Positions 48,834-57,206 of a DNA stretch of 64,000 nucleotides are shown here, piece after piece. The notes below the pieces were generated by a model. That model worked only from the letters and a program-made list of their open reading frames with translations. It did no database searches and was not told the DNA's origin. Every line of letters starts with the position of its first letter. Position 1 is the stretch's first letter. The translations under genes were made by a program, and so were the position numbers. The stretch is from a virus: the IMG/VR virus record IMGVR_UViG_3300007351_000003, positions 4,022 to 68,021 of that record; one strand, given 5' to 3'.

Positions 48834-48900
48834 ATGTGTCATTCCTTTCGTAAATAGTGAACCAATGTAGACAGTGACAAAGAAAAAAATATATGTATAC

Positions 48901-49122
48901 TCAGGACGCTTTCCCCATGCGCTTGCCGAGTGACGGATTTTCAGCGAGGTGATATTTTCGAAAACCTTTTCGCTTGCTGAGAAAATAAATCGGTTTTTTA
49001 CCGGCGAAGATGGCAAGGTCGATCGCAAGGGGGATGATGGTAGTTTTTTTATCCCCCCGCAGGAGTGGGGTTAGGAAGCTCGGCTCGACGCCGTGCTTAT
49101 TGGCAATCTCAATCTTTTTCAT
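48901..49122 (-). CDS. cro: Cro-like HTH protein
   Basis: EIANKHGVEPSFLTPLLRG; divergent from repressor. Confidence 0.75.
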   Translation of the reverse strand: MKKIEIANKHGVEPSFLTPLLRGDKKTTIIPLAIDLAIFAGKKPIYFLSKRKGFRKYHLAENPSLGKRMGKAS

Positions 49123-49130
49123 TAGGCTTA

Positions 49131-49209
49131 ATTGTACTTTAGTACAAGTTAAAAGTCAACATAAAATTGTACTATAGTTTATTGACGTAGCTTTGAGGAT
49201 GCATATAAT
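49131..49209. promoter_or_regulatory. OR region: PR (minus), PRM (plus) and two operators
   Basis: PR TTGACT-N17-TACAAT (49159 to 49131); PRM TTGACG-N16-TATAAT (49182-49209); operators 49132-49147 and 49167-49182. Confidence 0.85.
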
Positions 49210-49215
49210 GAATGG

Positions 49216-49506
49216 ATGGAGAACTCCATGAAGGTTTTAGGGCGGCATATAAGAGCTTTGCGTAAATCCAGAGGATTAAAGGCAAAAGACATTGCAGAAC
49301 GTGCCAATTTGACACCTACTTATATAAGCAGGGTAGAAAACGGGAGAGTTGATGGCGTTTCGGTCGAGGTAATCATGAGGATCGCCCAAGCCATGTCTGT
49401 ACCCACGGCAGCTTTGTTTAAAGACGATGAGATCGTGGAAGAATTAATAAAACATGCGGAACTAATGAAGAAATTTTTTAAGGAAGAAGGCAAAAAAGAC
49501 AAATAA
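49216..49506 (+). CDS. XRE-family HTH repressor (cI position, no peptidase domain)
   Basis: IRALRKSRGL..KDIAERANLTPTYISRVENG. Confidence 0.85.
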   Translation: MENSMKVLGRHIRALRKSRGLKAKDIAERANLTPTYISRVENGRVDGVSVEVIMRIAQAMSVPTAALFKDDEIVEELIKHAELMKKFFKEEGKKDK

Positions 49507-49542
49507 TACCCTGAAAATACCCTGAAAGTATTAGATATGAGG

Positions 49543-49571
49543 TTGACAAATAATCCTTTCTTATGTTTAAT
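49543..49571 (+). promoter_or_regulatory. Sigma70-type promoter for a small lysogeny-region gene
   Basis: TTGACA-N17-TTTAAT with extended TG. Confidence 0.55.
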
Positions 49572-49600
49572 TGGCTTATTAAATCAAGGAGGATTAAGGA

Positions 49601-49777
49601 ATGAAAAAAGAAGAACCCTGCAACAATCTGAGGAACAACCTGTGCAAGCGATGCAGATCCAGCCGTATTGTTGTGGTGCCACGGGCCGCATTTGTGAAAT
49701 ATCTGAAACAAGGAAACGCCCTGCTATCGAAGTCGTTTTGCCCTCCCAACTCCATCCATAAACTACCGAAACAATAA
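49601..49777 (+). CDS. Small Cys-containing protein (58 aa, not in ORF track)
   Basis: MKKEEPCNNLRNNLCKRC...; AAGGAGG SD; own promoter and terminator. Confidence 0.5.
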   Translation: MKKEEPCNNLRNNLCKRCRSSRIVVVPRAAFVKYLKQGNALLSKSFCPPNSIHKLPKQ

Positions 49778-49798
49778 AAAATAATAATACTTTGACTT

Positions 49799-49826
49799 AA
49801 AAAAGGCACCCTTGGGTGCCTTTTTT
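49799..49826. terminator. Bidirectional Rho-independent terminator
   Basis: A6-GGCACC-CTTG-GGTGCC-T6. Confidence 0.85.
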
Positions 49827-49842
49827 ATTGTCCGAAAAATAA

Positions 49843-49895
49843 TTGTACTATAGATATATTTTTTACTTGCATTGTTAGTTGTACTATGGTACAAT
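49843..49895 (+). promoter_or_regulatory. OL region: PL and two operators
   Basis: TTGCAT-N17-TACAAT (49867-49895); operators 49843-49858 and 49879-49894. Confidence 0.8.
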
Positions 49896-50060
49896 TCAAC
49901 CATGCTTAATTTGCTGCGTTAGTTTCACCCTCTGCCCCTTCTTACGAAGCAGGGCGTGAGGGTTCTAATAGCAACATGGTACATCCACCAGCATCGGGAT
50001 GGTTTCAAAGGCGGATTACAATCGGCCAAAGGTAATTGAGCTTCTTACCGCACCGCAGTA

Positions 50061-50262
50061 CCAGTAGGTAGTTCTTGGAGGGGGTTGAGCTACGGAGGGC
50101 CAAACCGGTAGCGCAAATCGAAAACGACACAGTGCGTACCCTGATCCCGGGGTCTGAAGCGCACGAGAGATACAGGAAGGGGCCGCTTGCTGGTCGTCGA
50201 AGCAACGCGTTGGTCTGCAGGCAACAGACACTCTTCCTGCCTCGCCAAGAACTACTTACTGG
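50061..50262 (+). ncRNA. Structured RNA candidate in the PL leader
   Basis: 17/18-bp closing stem 50061-50078/50245-50262 enclosing several hairpins. Confidence 0.45.
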
Positions 50263-50326
50263 ACACCACGAGCGCAGCACCAGCGATTTTAAGAATCGCG
50301 CCATTCTCCAAGAAAGGAGGGGCACT

Positions 50327-50560
50327 GTGAGCGCATTAGCGGAAACACTCAGCAAAGCCAGAACGCGCCGTAAGTTGTCGATGAACGACGTATCCAGGCA
50401 GTCCAGCATCGCCAAAGATCACCGCGGCAGGATCACTCAGGGCTACATCTCCCGCCTTGAGTCTGGCAAAGAAACAAACCCATCATTCCTGAAACTGCAG
50501 ACGCTGTGCAATATTTACCGGATCAATCCGGGGACACTCTTTAAGCAAACGGTGAGATAG
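50327..50560 (+). CDS. XRE-family HTH protein
   Basis: GTG start with AAGGAGG SD; ITQGYISRLESG..NPSF. Confidence 0.8.
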   Translation: MSALAETLSKARTRRKLSMNDVSRQSSIAKDHRGRITQGYISRLESGKETNPSFLKLQTLCNIYRINPGTLFKQTVR

Positions 50561-50634
50561 ACTTGTACGGCGCAAGAGCGGACTGTAAATCCGATCCGAA
50601 AGGCCAGGAGGTTCGATTCCTTCTCTCACCACCA
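50551..50634 (+). tRNA. tRNA-Tyr(GTA) with encoded CCA and atypical D-arm
   Basis: GGTGAGA/TCTCACC acceptor stem, A73-CCA, CT-GTA-AA loop, GGTTCGATTCC T-arm, long variable arm. Confidence 0.8.
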
Positions 50635-50651
50635 TCACGCTCGATCATGAT

Positions 50652-50667
50652 AGTTCCACGTGAAACA
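50652..50667. promoter_or_regulatory. parS: parS-like ParB loading site
   Basis: AGTTCCACGTGAAACA, 15/16 to TGTTCCACGTGAAACA. Confidence 0.7.
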
Positions 50668-50767
50668 TCGGTGCAAAATCCTCAACCGGAGGTGATTGCC
50701 CTATGAAGTAGGAAAAACACTTATTTTATCACTGTTCCTTATTGAGAGTACCAAAAGCAAAGTTTTA

Positions 50768-50779
50768 CGTTCTTTCACA
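50768..50779 (+). promoter_or_regulatory. boxA-like element
   Basis: CGTTCTTTCACA in the PL leader. Confidence 0.4.
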
Positions 50780-51017
50780 TCAAGATCCACATCCAGAATT
50801 ACATCAAGTTAAAAAGGGCGGGCAGAGCCTCTTGCACCCGTGAGATAGGGTTCAGCTCCAATAAAACTTCGCGGCTTTCAGATACTCTGAGCCGCACACT
50901 AATCGAGCGATGGGGAGAAATAAAAAATTACCCGACGCAAAGCTCTGCCGCCCTCACCTACGAGCATCCTATATCGGAATCATATTTTTATTTTATTCAA
51001 CGTCGAAAGGTGAACCC

Positions 51018-51209
51018 ATGTCAGAATCAAAATATGAGTCATTTTCGTCAATCAGCGAACTGAAGCCGGGAATGATCGTTCGCGGAAAGTCAACCGGACA
51101 AACGTTTATGGTCCTCGTAAGCTTTGGGGACCGCGTGACTGCCGTAAGCACGGCAGACATAACGAATCCCGATGAGTGGGAAGTTTTAAAAAAAATAACG
51201 CCAAGCTGA
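51018..51209 (+). CDS. Small hypothetical protein
   Basis: 63 aa from MSESKY, AAAGGTG SD; LKPGMIVR SH3-like. Confidence 0.55.
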   Translation: MSESKYESFSSISELKPGMIVRGKSTGQTFMVLVSFGDRVTAVSTADITNPDEWEVLKKITPS

Positions 51210-51434
51210 CCCGCAGCCGAGGAGGAGAAGCATGAGCATGTGTCGAATACCAGACTGTGGATATTATTTCAAGGGATGCTGTAAAAAGAAAGATGGAACT
51301 ATTTGCACTGCTCAGGCTTCGCCGTCTCGAACGAGTGGTTCTCCGACCGCGTCGCGGTCGGACTCGGTCGAGGCGGCTGCCTCTCAACTCGCCGCCATTC
51401 CAGCGGTCACAATCGAAAGTTGAGGAGCGAGTCT

Positions 51435-51599
51435 ATGCAAAAACTTACAGTAAAGGAACTCAGAGACGCACTGCAAAAGGCAGACGATAATGCAGATATC
51501 ATTATTCATACTGCCAAAGAGATTTCGACAGCGAGGCAAGTAGTGATAGGCAGAGAACCGTTCATCATGATAATCGCAAGCGACGAAACTTGTCCTTAG
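51435..51599 (+). CDS. Small hypothetical protein
   Basis: MQKLTVKELRDAL, GAGGAG SD. Confidence 0.55.
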   Translation: MQKLTVKELRDALQKADDNADIIIHTAKEISTARQVVIGREPFIMIIASDETCP

Positions 51600-51668
51600 A
51601 AGCGTGACCGCTGGAATGCTTGCGTAACTCGCAGGCGTAGCCAGTCGAAGTTGACGCGATTGTTACGA
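51594..51668. repeat. Degenerate attC-like site
   Basis: Imperfect hairpin ending TTGACGCGATT-GTT; left AAC lost. Confidence 0.45.
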
Positions 51669-51702
51669 TTGTTATGATTGCGTCTAAAGGTGGTAATTGA
51701 AA

Positions 51703-51840
51703 ATGGACGAAAAAGTTTACGATCTTTCATTAGAAGATATCAGACCATTGATTGACCTACCTGCCGAATATGAATTGGTTCGCGCAGATAGCAACGGAAA
51801 CGGAACAGGCGTGATTGTCAAACTGGTCAAGCGATCATAA
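51703..51840 (+). CDS. 45-aa cassette-like ORF (not in ORF track)
   Basis: MDEKVYDLSLEDIRPL...; flanks GTTATGATT / GATCATAAT pair. Confidence 0.5.
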   Translation: MDEKVYDLSLEDIRPLIDLPAEYELVRADSNGNGTGVIVKLVKRS

Positions 51841-51894
51841 TGCGGCGGTAAGCCTCGGCACGCGAAGCGACGGGTTCGACCCGTTTGGTTAAGA
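51835..51894. repeat. Degenerate attC-like site
   Basis: TCATAAT-GCGGCGGTAAGCCTCGGC...GTTAAGA; left arm resembles 62609. Confidence 0.55.
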
Positions 51895-51915
51895 CTTTTT
51901 GGAGGGCTGATATAT

Positions 51916-52224
51916 ATGCCAAGAAAATTATCTGAACCCGTTATGCGATACGCGAATGCCATGCAATTGAAATTGAACAAAAACGCGCACAAAGGCGGCT
52001 GGATTCGCTATGACAATCGGGGCCGACGAATATGGGCTCCTGAAGACGTGCGTTTTTTGCTCAACAAACTTAAAGAAGAGCACGACGAACTGATTGCAGA
52101 GGTGGAAAAGTATTTGTCTAATCCATGCATGTATCAAGGGAACAATCTGCTGAAAGAAGCTGCGGATAATGGAAATATTTCGATGATGCTTGCGGATGTA
52201 TGTAGGCAATTGAAAAAAGTATAA
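51916..52224 (+). CDS. MazG-like nucleotide pyrophosphatase-fold protein
   Basis: KLKEEHDEL...EAADNGNISMML; stop in TAAC. Confidence 0.55.
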   Translation: MPRKLSEPVMRYANAMQLKLNKNAHKGGWIRYDNRGRRIWAPEDVRFLLNKLKEEHDELIAEVEKYLSNPCMYQGNNLLKEAADNGNISMMLADVCRQLKKV

Positions 52225-52276
52225 CGCGCCGGATGAACGGCGCAGCGGAAGCGGAATGTCGGTCCGCTGGTTGAAA
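52219..52276. repeat. Degenerate attC-like site
   Basis: GTATAAC...CTG-GTTGAAA, 58 bp. Confidence 0.5.
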
Positions 52277-52299
52277 ACGGCGATATCAGGAGGCCCACC

Positions 52300-52548
52300 A
52301 TGAAGAAACAGAAATTGCTCTGCGGAAAGTGCAAAACGGAACTGGACGAAAGCATGCTCTGCTCGGTAACTGATACTGTCGGCGAGGTTTACCGGGAAAG
52401 AAAGGCTTTGTGCTGCAATAATCCAGATTGCTCGGCACCGATCCATGTAATTTCTATGACCGAGGGGCCGATTGAGAAACCCAAAACGTTTTTTGGCCGC
52501 TCCTGGCTCCTCGCTCCTATTGGCCGGCTGCTCATGGGGAGGACATAG
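52300..52548 (+). CDS. Zinc-finger hypothetical protein
   Basis: CGKC...CCNNPDC; AGGAGG SD. Confidence 0.55.
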   Translation: MKKQKLLCGKCKTELDESMLCSVTDTVGEVYRERKALCCNNPDCSAPIHVISMTEGPIEKPKTFFGRSWLLAPIGRLLMGRT

Positions 52549-52660
52549 TCATGGAGATAACCTATTGCTCCTGGATTCGCGTGATCGAACAGGCACAGCG
52601 GGAAGCCCCTGTCTGGCTGGAAGAAGCATTCGCTCGGATCAAGCAGAAAGAAGTTGCGTA

Positions 52661-52858
52661 ATGACCGAAACCGCACCCATACACAACTTGGCCGACGCCC
52701 TGCCATATCTGCAGGAACTGATGAAAGTCACCTGCACCTGTCAGCACAAGCACACAAATCCGAAATATCATAAAGCCGGGTGCCCCTACCCGGAAGAAGC
52801 ATATAAACTTTGTCCAATGTTGAAGGAGACCACCGATGAACCCGAACGCAACAGTTGA
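52661..52858 (+). CDS. Small hypothetical protein
   Basis: TAATG-coupled MTETAPIH... Confidence 0.45.
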   Translation: MTETAPIHNLADALPYLQELMKVTCTCQHKHTNPKYHKAGCPYPEEAYKLCPMLKETTDEPERNS

Positions 52859-53008
52859 TCAGCAGTGCAGCAATGCCCATGGAACCAATACCTGTGGAGC
52901 TGGCTGGAAGCAGTGCCCCTGCCCTCAGTCGATCGACCACATCAAAAAGGTACGGCGCCGGGGAGATCCCGGGCCCCTGCCGCCGAGAGAAGAAAGCGAG
53001 GAATACCG

Positions 53009-54988
53009 ATGAAAAAGATCAGCCTGAAGAAACTGGTGCTCAAGGACTTCCAGGGCGGGAATTTCACGCTCGAATCGAACGGACAGGATGTTCATATCAG
53101 CGGGGATAACGGGGTAGGCAAAACGAGGCTTATCAGCGCCTTCACGTGGCTCCTGTTCAATAAAGACTCCCTCGGCCGCAACGACTTCCAGATTAAGAAC
53201 CTTGACGCGACCGGCGAAGCCGCGCACGGGCTCGAGCATACCGTCGAAGCGGTACTGGATGTAAACGGCGACCTCGTAACACTCAAGAAGGTCTACGTGG
53301 AAAGATGGACCAAACAGCGCGGCCGAGCGCACGCGGAATTCTCCGGCCATACCACGAACCATTTTATCGATGAGATACCCGTATCCGAAAAAGACTACAA
53401 GGCCCGAATCGCCGAGATCACCGGGGATGAGGCACGGTTCCGCCTTCTGACCTCCCCTACCACATTCCCCGCCCTACACTGGAAGGAAATGCGGTCCATC
53501 CTGCTTTCGGTCTGCGGAGATATCAGCGACCAGGATGTGATCAACTCCGACGAGAAGCTTTTCGCCCTTACCGCAATCCTCGGGAAGAGAAAACTGGACG
53601 ACCACAAGAAGGTCGTTGCAGCCAGAAAAGCTGAGATCAATGGGGAACTCGGGAAGATCCCCGTCCGGATAGACGAGGTGCGCCGGTCCCTGCCTGACAT
53701 CGCTGGATTGGACAAGGACGCGCTTTGGAACGAGCAGTTGCGGCTCGAGGGCGCCATCTCTGACGCCAAACTCCGGAAGCAGGGTGTGGACACCGGAGGG
53801 GCCATTGCGGACCTGACCAAACAACTGAAAGCCATCGACTCCGACCTGTACCGGATGGAGCGCGCGCACAGCGACGAGATCGGAAAAACAGTGGGCAGAC
53901 TGAGCGGAGAAGTCACGGAAGCCTATGAAAAACTTCGTGCCAGCCGCAACCGTCTGGATGCCATTGACGGGGAAATAAATCGCAAGAAGTCCTCTGTAAG
54001 CGCCCTTGAAAACGATCTGGACCGATACCGGTCCCAGTGGGGCGGCATTGAAGCCGAACGGTTCCAGGACACAACAGCCGAAGCATGCGCTGCCTGCGGC
54101 CTGTCCCTTCCCGCTGGTCGTGTTCAGGAAGCTCGGAATAAAGCCCTGAAATTATTCAACGATACCAAGGCGAACCGACTGGCAGAGATCACAAGGAAGG
54201 GCGTACAACTTAGTGACGAGCGGGACGGGCTGCAGTCCCAGATTGCAGCACTTGAAACAGAAAAACAAGGTCTTACCGTGACCATTCCGGAGGCAGAAAA
54301 GCGGCACCAGGAACTTACCGCCGAGCGCGATGCGGTCAAGAAGCAAGCAGAGGACTATTCCGCGATACCGGGCAGGGCCGCACTGCTCGCCCAGAAGACC
54401 GATATCGAACAGAAGATTACGGCCGCCAAGGGCTCGGTAGCCCAGGACACCGCCAAGATCGAGCAGGAAATCGACGGCATGGAAACTACCCTGAAGGGCG
54501 TCAAGGAGAAGCACGGCCGGTTCGAAACACGCGAAAAGGCAGAGAAGCGGATCGAAGAACTGAAAGCCGAGGAAAAGAAACTGGCGTCCGAGTTTGAACA
54601 GCTCGAATCCGAACTCTTCCTGTGTGAACAGTTCATCAGGACCAAGGTGAGCATGCTGACCGACCGGATCAATTCCCGGTTCGAGATCGTGCGCTTCAAA
54701 CTGTTCAATGTTCAGGTCAATGGCGGACTGGATGAGTGCTGCGAGATCACCGTCAATGGGGTGCCTTATAACGGCGGTCTGAACAATGCGGCCCGGATCA
54801 ATTCCGGCCTTGACATTTGCCGGACCCTCTCCCAGCACTACGGCCTTCTGGCGCCGGTCTTTGTAGACAATGCCGAATCCGTGACCAGTTTGGTAAAAAT
54901 GGACGCCCAGGTTATCCGGCTGGTCGTGAGCGCGCTGGACAAGACGCTCCGGGTGGAGATGGCAAACAGGAAAATGGTGGCAGCATGA
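53009..54988 (+). CDS. SbcC/RecF-like ABC ATPase with long coiled coil
   Basis: GDNGVGKT Walker A; CAACG zinc hook; LNNAARIN signature; VFVDNAES Walker B. Confidence 0.88.
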   Translation: MKKISLKKLVLKDFQGGNFTLESNGQDVHISGDNGVGKTRLISAFTWLLFNKDSLGRNDFQIKNLDATGEAAHGLEHTVEAVLDVNGDLVTLKKVYVERWTKQRGRAHAEFSGHTTNHFIDEIPVSEKDYKARIAEITGDEARFRLLTSPTTFPALHWKEMRSILLSVCGDISDQDVINSDEKLFALTAILGKRKLDDHKKVVAARKAEINGELGKIPVRIDEVRRSLPDIAGLDKDALWNEQLRLEGAISDAKLRKQGVDTGGAIADLTKQLKAIDSDLYRMERAHSDEIGKTVGRLSGEVTEAYEKLRASRNRLDAIDGEINRKKSSVSALENDLDRYRSQWGGIEAERFQDTTAEACAACGLSLPAGRVQEARNKALKLFNDTKANRLAEITRKGVQLSDERDGLQSQIAALETEKQGLTVTIPEAEKRHQELTAERDAVKKQAEDYSAIPGRAALLAQKTDIEQKITAAKGSVAQDTAKIEQEIDGMETTLKGVKEKHGRFETREKAEKRIEELKAEEKKLASEFEQLESELFLCEQFIRTKVSMLTDRINSRFEIVRFKLFNVQVNGGLDECCEITVNGVPYNGGLNNAARINSGLDICRTLSQHYGLLAPVFVDNAESVTSLVKMDAQVIRLVVSALDKTLRVEMANRKMVAA

Positions 54989-55233
54989 CACAGAACAACG
55001 ATACCAAAATCCCTTTGATGCAGGAAGTCGAATCCAGCAACATTGCCTCCATCGGACACGATGAGGAAGAAAACGCACTGCACGTTCAGTTTAAGAACGG
55101 CGGGCACTATGTCTATTCCGGCATCGCGCGTGATGCATTCAATGAAATCCTAAAGGCCAAAAGCGTGGGCGGCTATATCCACAAGCACGTGAAAGGCCAG
55201 TGTGCCTGCAGGAAGATCGAGATCAAGAAATAG
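54985..55233 (+). CDS. KTSC-domain protein
   Basis: VESSNIASIGHD...LHVQFKNGGHYVY...AKSVGGY. Confidence 0.88.
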   Translation: MTQNNDTKIPLMQEVESSNIASIGHDEEENALHVQFKNGGHYVYSGIARDAFNEILKAKSVGGYIHKHVKGQCACRKIEIKK

Positions 55234-55259
55234 GAAGATAGTAAATAGAAAGGCGAAAC

Positions 55260-55565
55260 ATGAAAACAGTATCGATTTGCAAAGCTCAGGGTATTCCACG
55301 GGTGAACAGCATCGAACCCGTGACAATAGTGATTGAACGGGAATTCCCGGAGTACAAGGCCCTGAGCCAATCTGCCGAGCATTTTGAAAAGGATGCAGAT
55401 GCCCTTGTGGGCGCCATCTTAACCACTCTACCGGGTGGGACGATTGACAGATTGATATGCAAACTTCTTCAGAAGAAGGCGTCACTTTTCGTTGTACCGT
55501 TATTTAATGAAAAAAAACCAGACGAAGGAGGCATCACCCATGGCAACACAGACAGCAACAGATAA
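55260..55565 (+). CDS. Hypothetical protein
   Basis: 101 aa; LPGGTIDRL motif. Confidence 0.55.
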   Translation: MKTVSICKAQGIPRVNSIEPVTIVIEREFPEYKALSQSAEHFEKDADALVGAILTTLPGGTIDRLICKLLQKKASLFVVPLFNEKKPDEGGITHGNTDSNR

Positions 55566-56538
55566 GGCCCCGGCAAAGCCCGGGAACGTACCGGCAACAC
55601 AAAAGGCAGCAGCCCCGACAATTTCGGGCACATCCAAGAGCATCACCGATATGGTTGAGTCCAGCATCAGCCAGATGGTCATGGCCGGGAAACTCGTTCT
55701 CCCTCCCGATTACGCAGTGGCGAACGCCCTCAAATCGGCCTACCTGATGCTCCAGACGGTGGAAAATCGGGATCACAAGAAGGCCCTTGAGGTTTGCACC
55801 AGGGAGAGCGTGGCAAACGCTCTACTGGATATGGTGGTGCAGGGCCTGAACGTCGGCAAGGACCAGGGATATTTTATCGTCTTCGGCAACCAACTGGTGT
55901 TTATGCGCTCTTACATGGGCGCCATGGCCGTCGTAAAGATGGTCAACCCGGCCGTTAAGGACTTCGCCTTTGCCGTGGTATATGAGGGAGACGTGTTTAA
56001 ATACTCCCTCAAGAACGGTCAAAAAACCGTCGTGCAGCACGAGCAGGAACTGGCAAATATCGACAAGGCCAATATTCTCGCGGCCTATGCCATCGCCCTA
56101 GACAAAGACAACAACCCGATCAGGACCGAGATTTCCACGATCGACGAGATCCATCAGGCATGGAAGCAGTCCAGAAACAACCCGTTTGATGATAAGGGCG
56201 ATGTTAAGGAATCGAGCACGCACGGCAAATTCGCGTCAGACATGGCCCAAAAAACCGTGATCAATAAACTGTGCAAGTTCATTATCAACTCATCATCCGA
56301 CAACACCCTGCTGAAAGAAACAGTCAACAAGACGTATGAAGTCGTGGATGCCGCCGCGGTAAAGGCGGAAATCAGCGATGCGGCAAACGCTGGTCCGGTG
56401 CTGGAAATCCCCGCGGAGACCATCACCGAGACTGCCCAGGCAGCCGAGCAGTCAACCCAGCCCGAGAAGTCCCCGCCGCCGGCAGGAGACGGGCAGCTTC
56501 CGCTTACGGGAGCAACGGCAAGGAAACCGGGATTTTAA
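55540..56538 (+). CDS. recT: RecT-family single-strand annealing protein
   Basis: PPDYAVANAL, SVANALLDMVVQGL, YFIVFGNQL..RSYMG, MAQKTVI. Confidence 0.9.
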   Translation: MATQTATDKAPAKPGNVPATQKAAAPTISGTSKSITDMVESSISQMVMAGKLVLPPDYAVANALKSAYLMLQTVENRDHKKALEVCTRESVANALLDMVVQGLNVGKDQGYFIVFGNQLVFMRSYMGAMAVVKMVNPAVKDFAFAVVYEGDVFKYSLKNGQKTVVQHEQELANIDKANILAAYAIALDKDNNPIRTEISTIDEIHQAWKQSRNNPFDDKGDVKESSTHGKFASDMAQKTVINKLCKFIINSSSDNTLLKETVNKTYEVVDAAAVKAEISDAANAGPVLEIPAETITETAQAAEQSTQPEKSPPPAGDGQLPLTGATARKPGF

Positions 56539-56633
56539 ACCTTCGGCGAAGGGCTGCCTGACAGAAATGCAGGACAGCAGCCGATCACTCCCGGTACCGG
56601 TGTAATCCGGACCGGGAGTTTAATAAAAAAATT

Positions 56634-57206
56634 ATGAATGAAATTTGGAAAGACATACCTGAGTTTGAAGGTGTTTATCAAATCTCAAATCATGGTAGAT
56701 TGAAAAAACTAAAATGCGAAAGAAGACCGCATTCCTATCCTCGGATTGTATCGGTTAAAAACGGGAATGGGTGGTATCTCACGATTATTTTGCAGTTCGA
56801 AGGGAAAAAGAAAACTGCGAGAATACACCGTCTTGTGGCAGAGGCATTCATTCCTAATCCAGAAAATAAGCTAGAGGTAAACCACAAAGATACGAATAAA
56901 CAAAACAACCACTGGAGCAATTTAGAGTGGGTCAGCCGAAAAGAAAATCATGCTCATGCGGTCAAGAATACAGATATCGTAAAGGGCATGAATCATTACA
57001 ACAAGTTTGTCAGGCCAAATATCATAGTGCAAGTTTCTCCTGAAGGAGATGTAATTAAAGAATTCCCAAACGCATGCGAAGCTGCGCGAACTACAGGCGT
57101 ATGTAACAGAAATATTCTCCAAGTTGCTCATAAGACGCAATATAAGCCTGGGAAAATCAGGAAGCAAGCGGGTGGTTTTATCTGGAGGTTTAAGGATGCA
57201 GTTTGA
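56634..57206 (+). CDS. NUMOD4-HNH homing endonuclease
   Basis: EIWKDIPEFEGVYQISNHGR; IHRLVAEAFI; VNHKDTNKQNN..SNLEW. Confidence 0.9.
   Translation: MNEIWKDIPEFEGVYQISNHGRLKKLKCERRPHSYPRIVSVKNGNGWYLTIILQFEGKKKTARIHRLVAEAFIPNPENKLEVNHKDTNKQNNHWSNLEWVSRKENHAHAVKNTDIVKGMNHYNKFVRPNIIVQVSPEGDVIKEFPNACEAARTTGVCNRNILQVAHKTQYKPGKIRKQAGGFIWRFKDAV

Noticed and set aside
50075-50326. N-terminal extension of the XRE ORF given in the track (161 aa)
   Set aside because: A strong SD and GTG at 50327 give a complete HTH; the upstream part is better explained as structured RNA
52925-57167. Minus-strand ORFs opposite the recombination genes
   Set aside because: Antisense shadows of the SbcC-like, recT and HNH genes
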